64,000 nt of DNA from Camelus ferus. Taxonomy: Eukaryota. This document shows, in pieces, positions 50,511 to 61,563 of the stretch. The stretch lies in assembly GCF_009834535.1 (NCBI RefSeq), contig NC_045697.1, forward strand, positions 106,518,001 through 106,582,000, given 5' to 3'. Made by a program: the position numbers and the translations under genes. The notes below the pieces were generated by a model. That model had not been told where the DNA came from and ran no database searches. It saw nothing but the letters and a program-made list of their open reading frames with translations. Position 1 is the first letter of the stretch; every line of letters begins with the position of its first letter.

Positions 50511-51091
50511 GTAAATTTGTTAGGAAACTAATTGCATAAGGTTAAACACACACACACACACAATCAAATAGGCATTTTTTTTTTAATTTTTCACTTTTCT
50601 TTTTTTTAATAGAAAATAAAAGCCGAGGTTCTTCTACCTACAATTACTGATATGCTTTTTGGAGTTAAATGCTTGGTGGAGAGGGGGAAGCAAACAAAAA
50701 AAGAGGCTAACGGGCTGGCCAAAAAAAGTCCATAGGAAAAAGCATTCTCTGTTCAAAAGATCATCGACGACCATTCTTGGATTATCATATCTACAAATTA
50801 CTGGCCTTGCTAACACACCATGAGCAGCAGCTGTAGTAATTCTTATAAAGAGGTTCCCTGAGACCTGAAAGCTTCTCAAGAGTTGCATCTGGCTAAAAAG
50901 ATTGAAAATGGCTACACTCCACGTTTCCTTGCTTGTCAATGCAGTCTGTAGCTGTGATGCGCGGTGAAGTCCCGCTTTCCCTCCACCCTGCCGCGCCGGG
51001 TTCTGGAGCGCGGCCTCTTCCTGGAGCAGGCCCTCTGGATCTCTTAGGAGAAGGGTTTTCCGCTCTCAAGCTGCAGTCCCAATGCTCTATT

Positions 51092-51328
51092 CCGAGACTT
51101 GACAACTACCGCCCACAAGCCACATCCAGCGCGCTGCTTTTTTTTTTTTTTTTTTTTTGGTAAATAAAGTTTTATTGAAACCCAGCCATGCTCATTTGTG
51201 TATACATTGTCTATGGCTGCTTTCCAGGTATGACTTCAGAGGTGAGTAGTTGTGTTAGGGATCTTAGGGTCTCCAAAGTCTAAAATATTTACTAACTGAT
51301 ATTTTAAAGAAAAAGTTTGCCAGCCTTT
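51092..51328. mobile_element. MER58A hAT-Charlie MITE with expanded internal T run
   Basis: 'gtaaataaagttttattgaaacccagccatgctcatttgtgtatacattgtctatggctgcttt...ctaaaatatttacta...aaaaagtttgcc'. Confidence 0.9.
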
Positions 51329-52769
51329 ACTCTATGCTTCTATATGAGAGGAGGGTTTTGACCCTCCTTCTGTTGGACAGACCCTTCCTGTTTGGATTAA
51401 AAGTTCAAAATCATTCCATGTGGGCAATGCAAAGATACCAGTGTCTAGTGGTATCACAGAGGGTTACCTAACCCCATTAGTGTCTTGGCATGTTACTGTT
51501 ATTCACATAATGCCAAATAGCATAACAGATTACAAAACAAGTACCACACAGAGAAAATACTGTCCTACCAGGGAAAATGGACATTTCAAGTTGAATTTGT
51601 ATGTATAAAGAAACATCGATTTTTATTTTTATGATAAAGTCTTCATTGATTTGCAGAACTTCTGACTAAATATTTTCGGTGATACTCAAGTTCAAACTGT
51701 CCTCTCCATAATACCTCTTCTTGATAACCTCAGTGAGAATTTTGTTCACTGTAGCACCTCCCTGTGTGTATTCTTTCATAATAATTGGAGCCGTTTTGTA
51801 AAGTTTTAAACCTATGGAAAATGACATTGAATGAATCAAAAAAAAAATCCTAAATCTCCTCTCTTCTCTAAGAAAACTCCCTGTATCTGAACCACTGTAT
51901 ATAAGAATTTTGTTCACTTCAGTCAGCATGATTTATAGATTGCCCTCAGTTTGCCGTTTTCAATGGGAATTTAAAGAGCCCCATTATTTTTAACATTTTT
52001 AAAACGTCTATTTAATTCTGCAGCATAAAGAACTGTTGAATCTAATCCAGATTCTCAGAATGCAAATGACAACAGCATATTTCTCTGCCTGGCAGAAGGT
52101 GGCACTAGAGTTATGCTTGCAAAACCACTGCTAAAAGTTGAGTGTTTAATTAGCCAGCTTTCAAACAGCTTGGAAGAATGAGAACTATGATGCAGACAAA
52201 TCAGTTTGTAGACTTCAAATATACTTACCAATATCAAGGTCATATTAATCAAACTTCTCAGAATCCTCCTCCAAAACCTTCAAATGAGTATACCAAAATA
52301 TGCATTTTACAAATATTTATTAAGTCCCTACTCTGCACAAGGTGCCTTGTACGTATGTATGTGTGTGTGTGTATATGTAAGTGATACTCAGTAAAAAATA
52401 TTGCAACTGAAACTTACCTTCCAATAGAACAGACAGATATTAAATAAGCCATAGACAATTACCTACTTAATGACAATTGTCATGAGTATTATAAAGCAGA
52501 TGCACAGGGTGCTGTGACAGGATATTAAAAAAGAACCTAACCCAGGTGTGGGGACAAGGTAAGAGGTCTTGTTTGAGTCCCTCTTCCTGAAAGCACTCAT
52601 TCTTCATTCCTAAAATGTCATTCTTTCTAGGTCTTATTTCTATTTCTGCTCTCACATACCACTCAATAACTAATTACGTTATTAAAGTTCTGCCCCATAT
52701 TCCATTAGCTCATCTAGCGCTAGGTAATTGCCCTTGGTTTTGCAACGGTAGTTTCTTGTGAGCATTCAA

Positions 52770-53509
52770 CAGAGTTGTAGCTCCCACCTGGGGCAGGACC
52801 ACCCTGGTGGGCAACTGAAAACCTTGTGGAGGGGTTCCTGTGGATTTCACAATGATTTGGAAGGTGCTCCTGGTTTTACTGAGTGAGGGCCAGGAATCCT
52901 GGGCATCCTGCCAGCTGTGGAACCATCCTGCACAAGGAAAACTTCCTCCTCATCCTTCTTGACTTTCCCGCTGGTCATTCATGTTTGCAAATAGCCTGCT
53001 TATAATTATCTCATGTTTTACATGTAAATACAAAATCTTTTGTGTGGTTTTCGTGTAAACTGAATTTTCCAGGAGTGTAAATAGAAGGAAGACCATAGTT
53101 TGTTTAGTTTGAAACTTTACCAAAAACCCCTACCTGTTTTAGAAAAGTCCTTTCACTAACAGGAGCGCCACAGCTAACGTGTGAGTGGCCGACACGACGC
53201 ACCAGGACGGTTCGGTTTCTATAGCTGACATGTTCATAAAGATTTTACAGATGGGTGTACGCATCTGGCCACTTTATGATGTCTTGTAGTGCATTCAAAT
53301 CAAAGCAATTGCATATGGAAATGTATGTTATTTCACTCAAAATTACTTTCCTTGAATTTCTCCTTTATAGTAAAGCCAGGGAAATGTTTTTTATTATGTG
53401 TGTAGGGAGGTTATATTATCTGTGAATTTCATTTCAGGGTATTAAAGAAGACTTTACATGGTATTTGTTTTTAAAAGAGGGCATTGGTTCTGATGGGGGA
53501 AAACCACTG
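52770..53509. mobile_element. MER20B-like hAT-Charlie element
   Basis: MER20-type start 'tcacaatgatttggaaggtgctcctgg...ggccaggaat...catcctgc'; internal 'ggttatattatctgtgaatttcatttcagg'; terminus 'aaaccactg'. Confidence 0.75.
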
Positions 53510-53564
53510 CTGCAGGACCTAATAGGAAACCAGGAGAGGGCCAGACACCCCCCACCCCCAACCA

Positions 53565-53763
53565 CACACCCTCTGTGTGCGCTTGGGCAGGTCCCTAGTG
53601 CTTCTTATTTCAGTGTCTTCATCTATGTAATGGGACACCAAGAGAACCCATCTCACAGAACAGAAGTGCCGTTGTTTCTGTGAGGATTAACTGAGATGAT
53701 GTTCAGAAAATGTGCAGCGCCATCCCAAGCACATCATAAAAACTCGTTAAGTGTCATTTTATT
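53565..53763 (+). mobile_element. MIR SINE
   Basis: 'cttgggcaggtcc...tcagtgtcttcatctatgtaatggg...tgtgaggattaactgagatgatg'. Confidence 0.85.
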
Positions 53764-54221
53764 TTAGAGTCAAAGTGGCAACTGATAATACTTTAGGGAT
53801 TGTTTTCCTCATGGTGAAGCATCCTTGCATCTAGCCAGTGGGTATTAAACGCTCCTAGTATGACTAAGAGTATGTATGGAAAGTGTTTAATTGTTGTTTA
53901 GGATTAAAGCCATCTGGCTTCCGCTCTCTGAATCCAGCTCCCCACTGCCCCATCTTCTTAATTTACACTCCTGTTACATCACCCTGTAATCAGGGAGAAC
54001 ACAAAAACATATTTGGTGACCAGAACTGATAAGTAAGAATCAAGATCTTGTATTTGATGAGGAAATATTCTTGGCCCCACTTCCTCTATAAACTCCAAGA
54101 CCACATTTATCAGAATCAAGTCGGTCACTGTCCAAATGAAAATCATCGTCTCCTAAATCTGGTTGAGAAAAAAATTGATACTATCCCTGAGTCAACTGTT
54201 AGGCTTTTTAATGACTCTGAA

Positions 54222-54420
54222 TAATTCATTTATTCAACAAATATTTATTTGGCTCTCAAACAAGATGTGCTGGGAGCCGGAGTGGATAATGAACTATAGA
54301 ATTATAAGCTGGTTTTCACCAATTCACTCCTGCAGCAAATGTGCATTGGCATGCTAGAGTCTGGCCAGGTACTAGGGATACAAAGATGGATAAGATATGA
54401 TCTAGGCTTCAAAATCTGAA
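54222..54420 (-). mobile_element. L2 3' remnant
   Basis: 'ttcatttattcaacaaatatttatt...ctaggggatacaaagatggataagatatgatct'-type sequence. Confidence 0.65.
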
Positions 54421-55089
54421 TCCATGTGAAAAACACCAGCAAATTTGAAATGTAAGCAATCTTATTTTATCTCAGAGAACGTTCGTCAGATAGAAAGTAA
54501 ACTAATTACTGAGTGGCCACCATAACCAGAGCACTTAATATACAGTCCTACATTGTCATGTACACTAACATGGATTTTCATTTCATCTCAGTGCCCCACC
54601 TATGCGACAGGGATTACATTCATTTTTCTTGTTGTTGTCTGTGAGGAAACCAACTTAGTGAGAATATGTGAGTTTTCCAAATTAGTGATAACAAGAGCTG
54701 GCGTTTATTGATACACGTGCTGTGTAGGAAATTGCATTTAATCTTTATAAAAATCCTCGATGGATGGTTACTGTTAGTATTCTATAATGTGGAAACAGAG
54801 GGTGAGGGAAATTTAAGTAAATGCTGCAATTTCATACAAGTAGCTTGGAACCAGTGTACCACCCACACCATCTGCTTTCCAAGCTGGTGCCCCCGACCAC
54901 CGCGCCAGTTACCTACCGTCCTGGCACGTGCGTGGGAGAGCTGGAAGGAGGACTCGCTCCAGGCTCTTTCTGCCAGACTCGCTTCCTCTAGGTCTGGTCC
55001 ATGTCTGGGGACCACAGAAGAGCTGCCCTCCAAGGCTTTTTGAACTGTTAACAAAGTGAGATCCAAAGGGAACCGTATGGATGGAACAG

Positions 55090-55598
55090 AATGGAATGTC
55101 CTGCCAAGAGCAACCAGAAAAGTCAGGTAAAATATACAACTTATCTTTTTAAAAAAGATCCAAGAGCTTCCAAAGTAAGCGGACTTCAAGGACTAAAATT
55201 CTGGAAAAGGGAGAACCTCTCAGAGGTGAGTGGAGGGTCTGAGCCTTTATTTTTTCCCCCTTAGGGCATTTGCTAATTCTGGATGGGCTAGAGACCGAGA
55301 CTTGGGGTTTTGGCCATGCGGAGGCAGAGAAATGGCAAACTGCTGGCAGTTGCTCAGAGGGTTGGAATGACAAAAATCGGAGACTTCAGGAGCCTCAAAT
55401 ACATCTAAGATTTCTCTAATTCTGAAGTTGCATGAGGCAAGAACTTAAAAATCTGTATCTAAAATCTCCTATAAGCTGAGCTGACTTTCCCATTGTCTCT
55501 CTTGGTGCTGAGGAGACAGACACTTGCCAAATTCAGAATTAAAGCCCTGGAGGGCATCCCCTAGGAAAAGGGACGATCAGAGGTACACTGAATCTCAC
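55090..55598 (+). mobile_element. Possible old L1 (L1ME) 5'-end remnant
   Basis: 'agcaaccagaaaagtcaggtaaaatatac...gactaaaattctggaaaagggagaacctctcagaggtgag...ttagggcatttgctaattctgg' resembles L1ME 5' consensus. Confidence 0.5.
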
Positions 55599-55975
55599 TG
55601 TGCTCATCAGCTCGGGCTGCCATAACAAAATACCGCAGACTGGGCGGGTTAGACAACAGACAGTTAGTTCTCACAGCTCTAGAGGCTGGGCGGTCCAAGA
55701 TCAAAGGTGCTGGCCGAATCATTTTTAGGTGAGAGAGCTCTCTCTTCCTGGTTTACAGACAGCCGCCTTCTAGCATGTTCTCACATGATGGACAGAGAGG
55801 AAGATCTCGCTCTTTCTCTTCTCATAAGGCCACAGTCCTATGGGATAAGGGCCCCACCCTTAAGAACTTATTTAATTTTAATTACCTCCTGAAGACTCTA
55901 TTTCCAAATATAGTCACAATGTGGGTTAAGGCTTCAACATACAAATTTGGGGGTGACAATTCAGTCCATTTACCA
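55599..55975 (-). mobile_element. MLT1A-like MaLR solo LTR
   Basis: 'cagctcgggctgccataacaaaataccgcagactggg...ctctagaggctggg...gggttaaggcttcaacatacaaatttggggg...ttcagtccat'. Confidence 0.92.
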
Positions 55976-58848
55976 AAATGCAGTCTGGCCTCAACACACC
56001 TAAAGTGGCAAAGTAAAATGCAAAGGATTTCCTAACAATGTCAAGCTAAGGTTGTAGCCTTTGGTTGTATGAATTTAGACTCTAAGTGTGAAGTATCTAC
56101 AAGAAAAGAGTTGAATGCATTTTTTCTCTTTGCTGAACCTACTACCTCAAGCTATAGCTCCCTGAAAATAAAACATAAGCAACGAGAAGTGAGTGATAAA
56201 CTTTCATAACCACTGATTCTATTTTATCGCATTCTTTTCAATGCCGACAAATTACGTAGGGCAGTTGGCTCTTCCTGCAGAAAACGATGTATTTGCTCAA
56301 TTTGAGACTTCTGGGACTGTCGTTTGTGACATCATTTGATGACTTAGTGGAAATACTTATTCAGAGTATGAGTCCCTTTCATCAGACAACTCTTTAGGGT
56401 CTTATTCCCTCATTTGTTCTTAGAAAATGTGTCAATACCTTAATATGGTAAGTGAAAGTATAAATGTTCTAGCTAACAGGGACTCTTAGCTGATTCTCAA
56501 ATCGTGTTGGAGTCAAGGGTGTTTCTTCCTAATTTGGAGTCAGCCAAGTTCAGGCTCCAGACGCAGGGAAAATGCAGAACAGGACTATCAGTCTTCTTTG
56601 TTCAAAACAGATGACTCTGTAAGTATTTGCCTGGTTAAAAATAACAGCATTCTTTCCCCAAGTCATCAGCTGGACAGTCTAGCCTGCTCATATTTTTTTA
56701 ACCCAGTCAGGGGAATTAAGGCCAAAAGGTTATGTACTCAGAATTAAATGTTTTTTTCACAATAGCTTATACTAAAAAATTTGTCTACCTTTGATATTTT
56801 TCTTTAATGGTTTTCCTACTTCTCATTGTGAAAAAAAAATGTAACGAATTTACCTTAAAGTGCCATTGGGCTGCTTCTCTTTCACCAATTTTTCATGTTG
56901 TTCACAGAAAAGGTAATTAGTTTTTACCACATTGTTGTTTAATTTTCTTTCCGAAAGTTTCTTGTCATTTCAATGACGACAATCTTGCTTGAGTAAGTCC
57001 ATCTCTTGGTGGGTATTTGCAGTGCTGCGTATCAATTACACAGTGTTGATATTTTCATTCTGTTGTTTCATTTGTAGAATTCCCATCGCCAAACGGATAT
57101 ATCCTTTTATCTGATTAAGACGGAAACTTGTTGCATTCTCCCTCACTCTTCTGTTTTCATTTTATCATGCATACTCTTTATTCTATCTTAAAGAAGTTTA
57201 TGCAAGAGTAAATAAATATACGTGGTACTTTAGGATAAAAATTTCAGTGGAATGTCTCAGACTCTCTCCTCCCCCTTAATCTATGCCCTGCCCTACCCCC
57301 AGCACCAAGAAAAGAAAGAAACCATCCAGAGCAAAATAAAGTTATATGAACTTGTAAAATAAATGTCAAAGCTCTCTCTTTTAAAACTCAAGTATAATTT
57401 ATTGCTATTATAAAAGAGTTACAGTGAAAGAGTAGTTGATAGCATGATTTTGGCTATTGAAGCACTGTGAGTATTGAGGAGATATTTATAGTCCAGCCGA
57501 GAAGATTTCAGAGCCTTCAGGAAGCCTGCACATGGTGTTTTTTATGTTAATAATTCATTAGCTATTCTGATTGAATCAAATGTTGAGTGACCCAACATGT
57601 TGAGCTGCTTCTCAGACCTTCTGGAAAGGAAATACTATGTTGTACAATCCACGCCCACTACGGGGCTCCTGTCACTTCCCGTCTTAATGCCCAGGAGATG
57701 TGGTCCAAAAGGCAGCACTGGATGAGAAATGTCATTGTGGCTCCTAATCCCACAGATAAAGATCACACGGTTGGTATTGCATATAAATAATCAGCACTGT
57801 GCATTGTGATCCCAACAATTTTGCACCGTTTGGGTCCTGGCTACCTGAGATCATCTTTCTCCCCTGGGGGCTTCGCAGTAACCGCAAAAGGCAATGGAAG
57901 GCTATAAACTCGGTCAAAGGCACATGGAACCGCAGGGTGCTTTGAGGGTCACTGAAGGGCAAGTATGCTTTGTGCTCCATTTGTATCCCCTCCTCTGTGA
58001 TCGCTGGTGGTGAACTGGGGCAAACTTCCTCTAATGATTCCCCAAAGGAGGATTTATTCCATCAAGTTCATGCCCTTGACCTTCAGATCAGGCAATGAAA
58101 TTAGAATGTTTAAGAGCAGCAAGGCTAGGAAAGTTTGTGCTTCTCTAAATGGCTGCAATGTAGCATCCATTGTATGATTTCTAAGCTAATATTGCTAATG
58201 GGGAATTTTTAAATCCACTTATTCTCACTCCATGAATTTTTAATTAGAACATAGAAGAGAGATGACCCTCCATCCAGGCACGAACACAGTCAGCATTTTC
58301 AACTTCCAGTAGAATGTTAAACACAAGTCACTCTGATATCCAAATCCTGTGCATCTTCCTTCAAACAATAATGCCTGATATCTGCACTCTGGGATTTTTG
58401 CCAGAACTTAACTTGAACAGGCTGCTCCTCAGCTTCTGTCAAAAGGCAACAGAGAGAAGCGATATTCGAGCCAGACAGTTTATCCATCCATCTCTTTACG
58501 TATTCCAAACTGCCCTCTTTATCACAATAAATCTCCAGAAAGGTATTTACTTTGATTGCGTAGACTTAGACCCCTGAATAACTATCTTCACTGAATTTTC
58601 AATTTCTTGTTATGCACTGGGTAATTTTTAAAGATTGGCTTAATAAGAACCTACCGGAAGAACACTTCCAGCAACCTGACATGGAGAAAACAATTAGAAG
58701 GTATTAGGAGTTAGACGTAGGGGATCTTCAATTGATCATGATCATGCCCACGTACTAGCTGGGTGATGTCTCTAAAGCTGAGTTTTCTAATATTAATAAG
58801 GGAACAAAATACTTACATTAAGTAACGATTAAAGTCAATAGGTTAACA

Positions 58849-58961
58849 GGGGAGGGTATAGCTCAGTGGTAGTGCACGCCTAGCATGCATGAGGTCCTGG
58901 GTTCAATCCCCAGCACCTCCATTTAATACATAAATCTATTTACCTCGTCCCGCCAAAAGAA
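58849..58961 (+). mobile_element. vic-1-type SINE with degenerate TSD, apparently inserted in a MIR remnant (~58700-59020)
   Basis: GGGGAGGGTATAGCTCAGTGGTAGTGCACGCCTAGCATGCATGAGGTCCTGGGTTCAATCCCCAGCACCTCCA; flanks aaagtcaataggttaaca / aaagtcaagaaggtaaca. Confidence 0.93.
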
Positions 58962-59434
58962 AAAGTCAAGAAGGTAACAGAGGTCTGACAAAAAAGCAGA
59001 TGCTTAAATAAGAACTGAATCTATATCTTGTGTGAAATTTATTGTTTTTACGTTGTTCACGGTCCTTCAAATAAGAAACCATTACTAAGAAAATATTCAT
59101 TCTTTTGAGGAATCATTATCCTTCACTTTAAAAGATAAAGCCAAGTGTCCAATCTGTGTCTTTTTAGACCTGGCTAACAGGAAGGGGAGAGCTCGATTTA
59201 ATGCTTAAAGGTGATACTTACCTAATTGTTTTTCATTGTTCCATGTGGTCTTCTTTATTTGCTATTTCTTAATCACACTATCATGGCTTTGAGGGCTCAG
59301 GAAATACTCAGGTAGCTTTCTGCTAGATTTTAACCAGCTCCCTTTGTCTTTCCTCTCAGTGACTCTCCTATACCTGCGTCACTGTCCTGAAGCCAACACT
59401 GGACTCCAAAATTCTTAGGAAATAATCGTAAGTC

Positions 59435-59869
59435 TGTATTGGATTCCTTGCAAGAAATCCAAAGGCCATAACGAGGTGCCATAAACTAGGTGGCCTAAAG
59501 CAACAGAAAAGGATTCTTTCAGCTCTGGGAGCCAGGCATTCAGGGTGAAGGGGCCAGCAGGGCTGTGCTCCTCCCTCTGGGACTCTGGGTGGAGCCCCTC
59601 CTTCGCCTTCCCCCGGCTCTGGTGTGGCCGGCAGTCCTTGGCACCTGGGGTGGAGCTGCACCCTCCCACCTCTGCCTCTGTTGCCACATGGAGGTTTCAC
59701 TCTTCTCACAAGACCGCTAGTTGCATTGGATTAGTGCCCATCTTAGTGACCTCATCTTAACCTGTTCACGTCCACAAAGACCCCATTTCTAAATTAGGTC
59801 ACATTAACAGCTATCAAGGGTTTGGACTGCAACAAATCTTTTGGTGAGGAGACAATCCAACTCAGAGCA
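59435..59869 (-). mobile_element. MLT1B/C-like MaLR solo LTR
   Basis: 'ccataaactaggtggcctaaagcaacagaaa...cagcagggctgtgctcc...gacctcatcttaac...caaagaccccatttctaaattaggtcacatt'. Confidence 0.9.
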
Positions 59870-60264
59870 ACTGATACACTGCCTCTAGTGTAGCCACAGT
59901 GACCCACCGTGACTCCAAGCCTTCTGTACTTCCCTTCGGTACCAGAAGTTCTGTCCTCCTTTCCATAGCGGGACCTTTCACCTGATATCTGGGTCCCCTT
60001 TCCTCCCCTGCTTCACCCATTATCCCCTCCCTCAATCTCAATCCCAGCAATTCACTTCCCTTCCTCTAAAATTCTTTTGCTTTATTCTGCAAATGCATTC
60101 AAGCCTTCCTCATCTATGAAAAAAAATCTTTATTTTGACTCTATTTGCTATTTTTGAATCTGCTTTCACCATGACCATTGTTCTCTTTCCCTTTGGGATC
60201 CAAGTTTGTGGAAACCTTATCGACCCGAACACTTACTAAACCCACCATCTCCGCATTCCTACCA

Positions 60265-61220
60265 CATGTGTTCATTTCACAAGGAATCACTGAGTGAAAA
60301 GGCGCTGTCTGTCCCTGGCGCTGGGGTCATGCGGTGAGCCAGACAGATGCAGCTCCTGATTTCAAGAAGAGAAAGCAGACACCAAATAATGCCTACCCTT
60401 CTCCAGACAGAAGACCCAGAGCAGCAAGAGCATGACAAGGAGAACAGACTAGACTGAGGAAGCGGGCTTTTCCCTGAAGAAGTAGCACAAGCTAATAAAG
60501 AAAGAATTCAGAGGAATCAACTACAGGAAGGGGGCAGGGGCGGGCTGGGGGGTAGCGAGGGGTGTGGGGAGATTCCAGGTTAAAGGATTAGTGGGTGTGA
60601 AGATCGGGTCATAAGGTAGAAAGAAATGCCGTGTTTTCAAGAAACTAGAAGAGGGATGGTGTGACTTTATTGTAGAGACTCAGGGGGAAATGGTACAAAT
60701 TATATATGTTGATGGGACATACCATGGACAAAAATCAAGAGGGTCTTTGGGCCGTGTTGAGGATTTGAACTTTGCTTTCAGGCAAATAGGGGGAGAACTT
60801 TCAGTAGGGGTGTGACTTGATCAGATTCGCTTTCAAAAGGATCACCCTGGCCGTAAGTGCAGCATAAACTGGTAAAGAGAGGACAGGTAGGAAAGAACAG
60901 TGAAGATGTTATTACAGGAGCCCGGCAGAGAGACCTGATAACTACATTTTAGTGATGAGAGTGGAAACAGAGCCCTGGAAATGCTGAAAAAATTTTAGGA
61001 GATAGGCTCAACATGACTTGGCGATTGATTAGCTATCTGGGGTGAAGAATCAGGTCCTGCCTGACCCCAAACGTTTCTGGCTAGACAGCTGGATAGATGG
61101 TGGTGTCTTTGCTGAAAGAGAAAACATTGATTCCATCAGGAAAACGATGAGTTCCAACTAGAATATGAAGAGGCTGAGGTGCCCAAGAGACTTCCAAGTG
61201 GAAACTGTAAGTAGGCAATC
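60265..61220 (-). mobile_element. L2 LINE remnant (antisense), flanked by plus-strand L2-like pieces (~60030-60260, ~61230-61560)
   Basis: 'aggggtgtgacttgatcagattcgctttcaaaaggatcaccctggc...acatgacttggcgattgattagctatctgggg...gatagatggtggtgtc'. Confidence 0.8.
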
Positions 61221-61563
61221 ATCAACTTTAGTAAAACTGCCAATAGCAAGCCAGCTGCTGAGCGTAATAAGTCCATTTCAGTATTCAGTTCGTTTGAACT
61301 CTCTGAAGCATTGGAAGCTGTAGGTCATTCCCACCTGAAGCAAGAGATCTTCATCTTTGATTTCTGCTTAGAACACTGTCCTCCTCTGATCCTCCTCCTT
61401 CTCTGGCTTGTCTCCTTCTGTCTAACCTTGAAATGTTTGAGATTTTCAGAGGATTGCCTCAGCCCTTATCTCTTCTGACTTTACGTTCCCTCTATATCAA
61501 CTCACGGTCTCTCAGTTCTGCCCTTGCAAGAGTTTCCAATAGAATCTTAAATTAACAAATCCC

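Noticed and set aside
56085..56160. Possible let-7 precursor gene
   Set aside because: The match ends at nt 14, there is no let-7-type star arm, and the hairpin is poorly paired. Kept only as a complementary-site finding.
60301..60325. RE1/NRSE-like motif on the minus strand (CCAGCGCCAGGGACAG)
   Set aside because: Mismatch in the CAGCACC half-site and poor 3' end; explained by degenerate L2 sequence.
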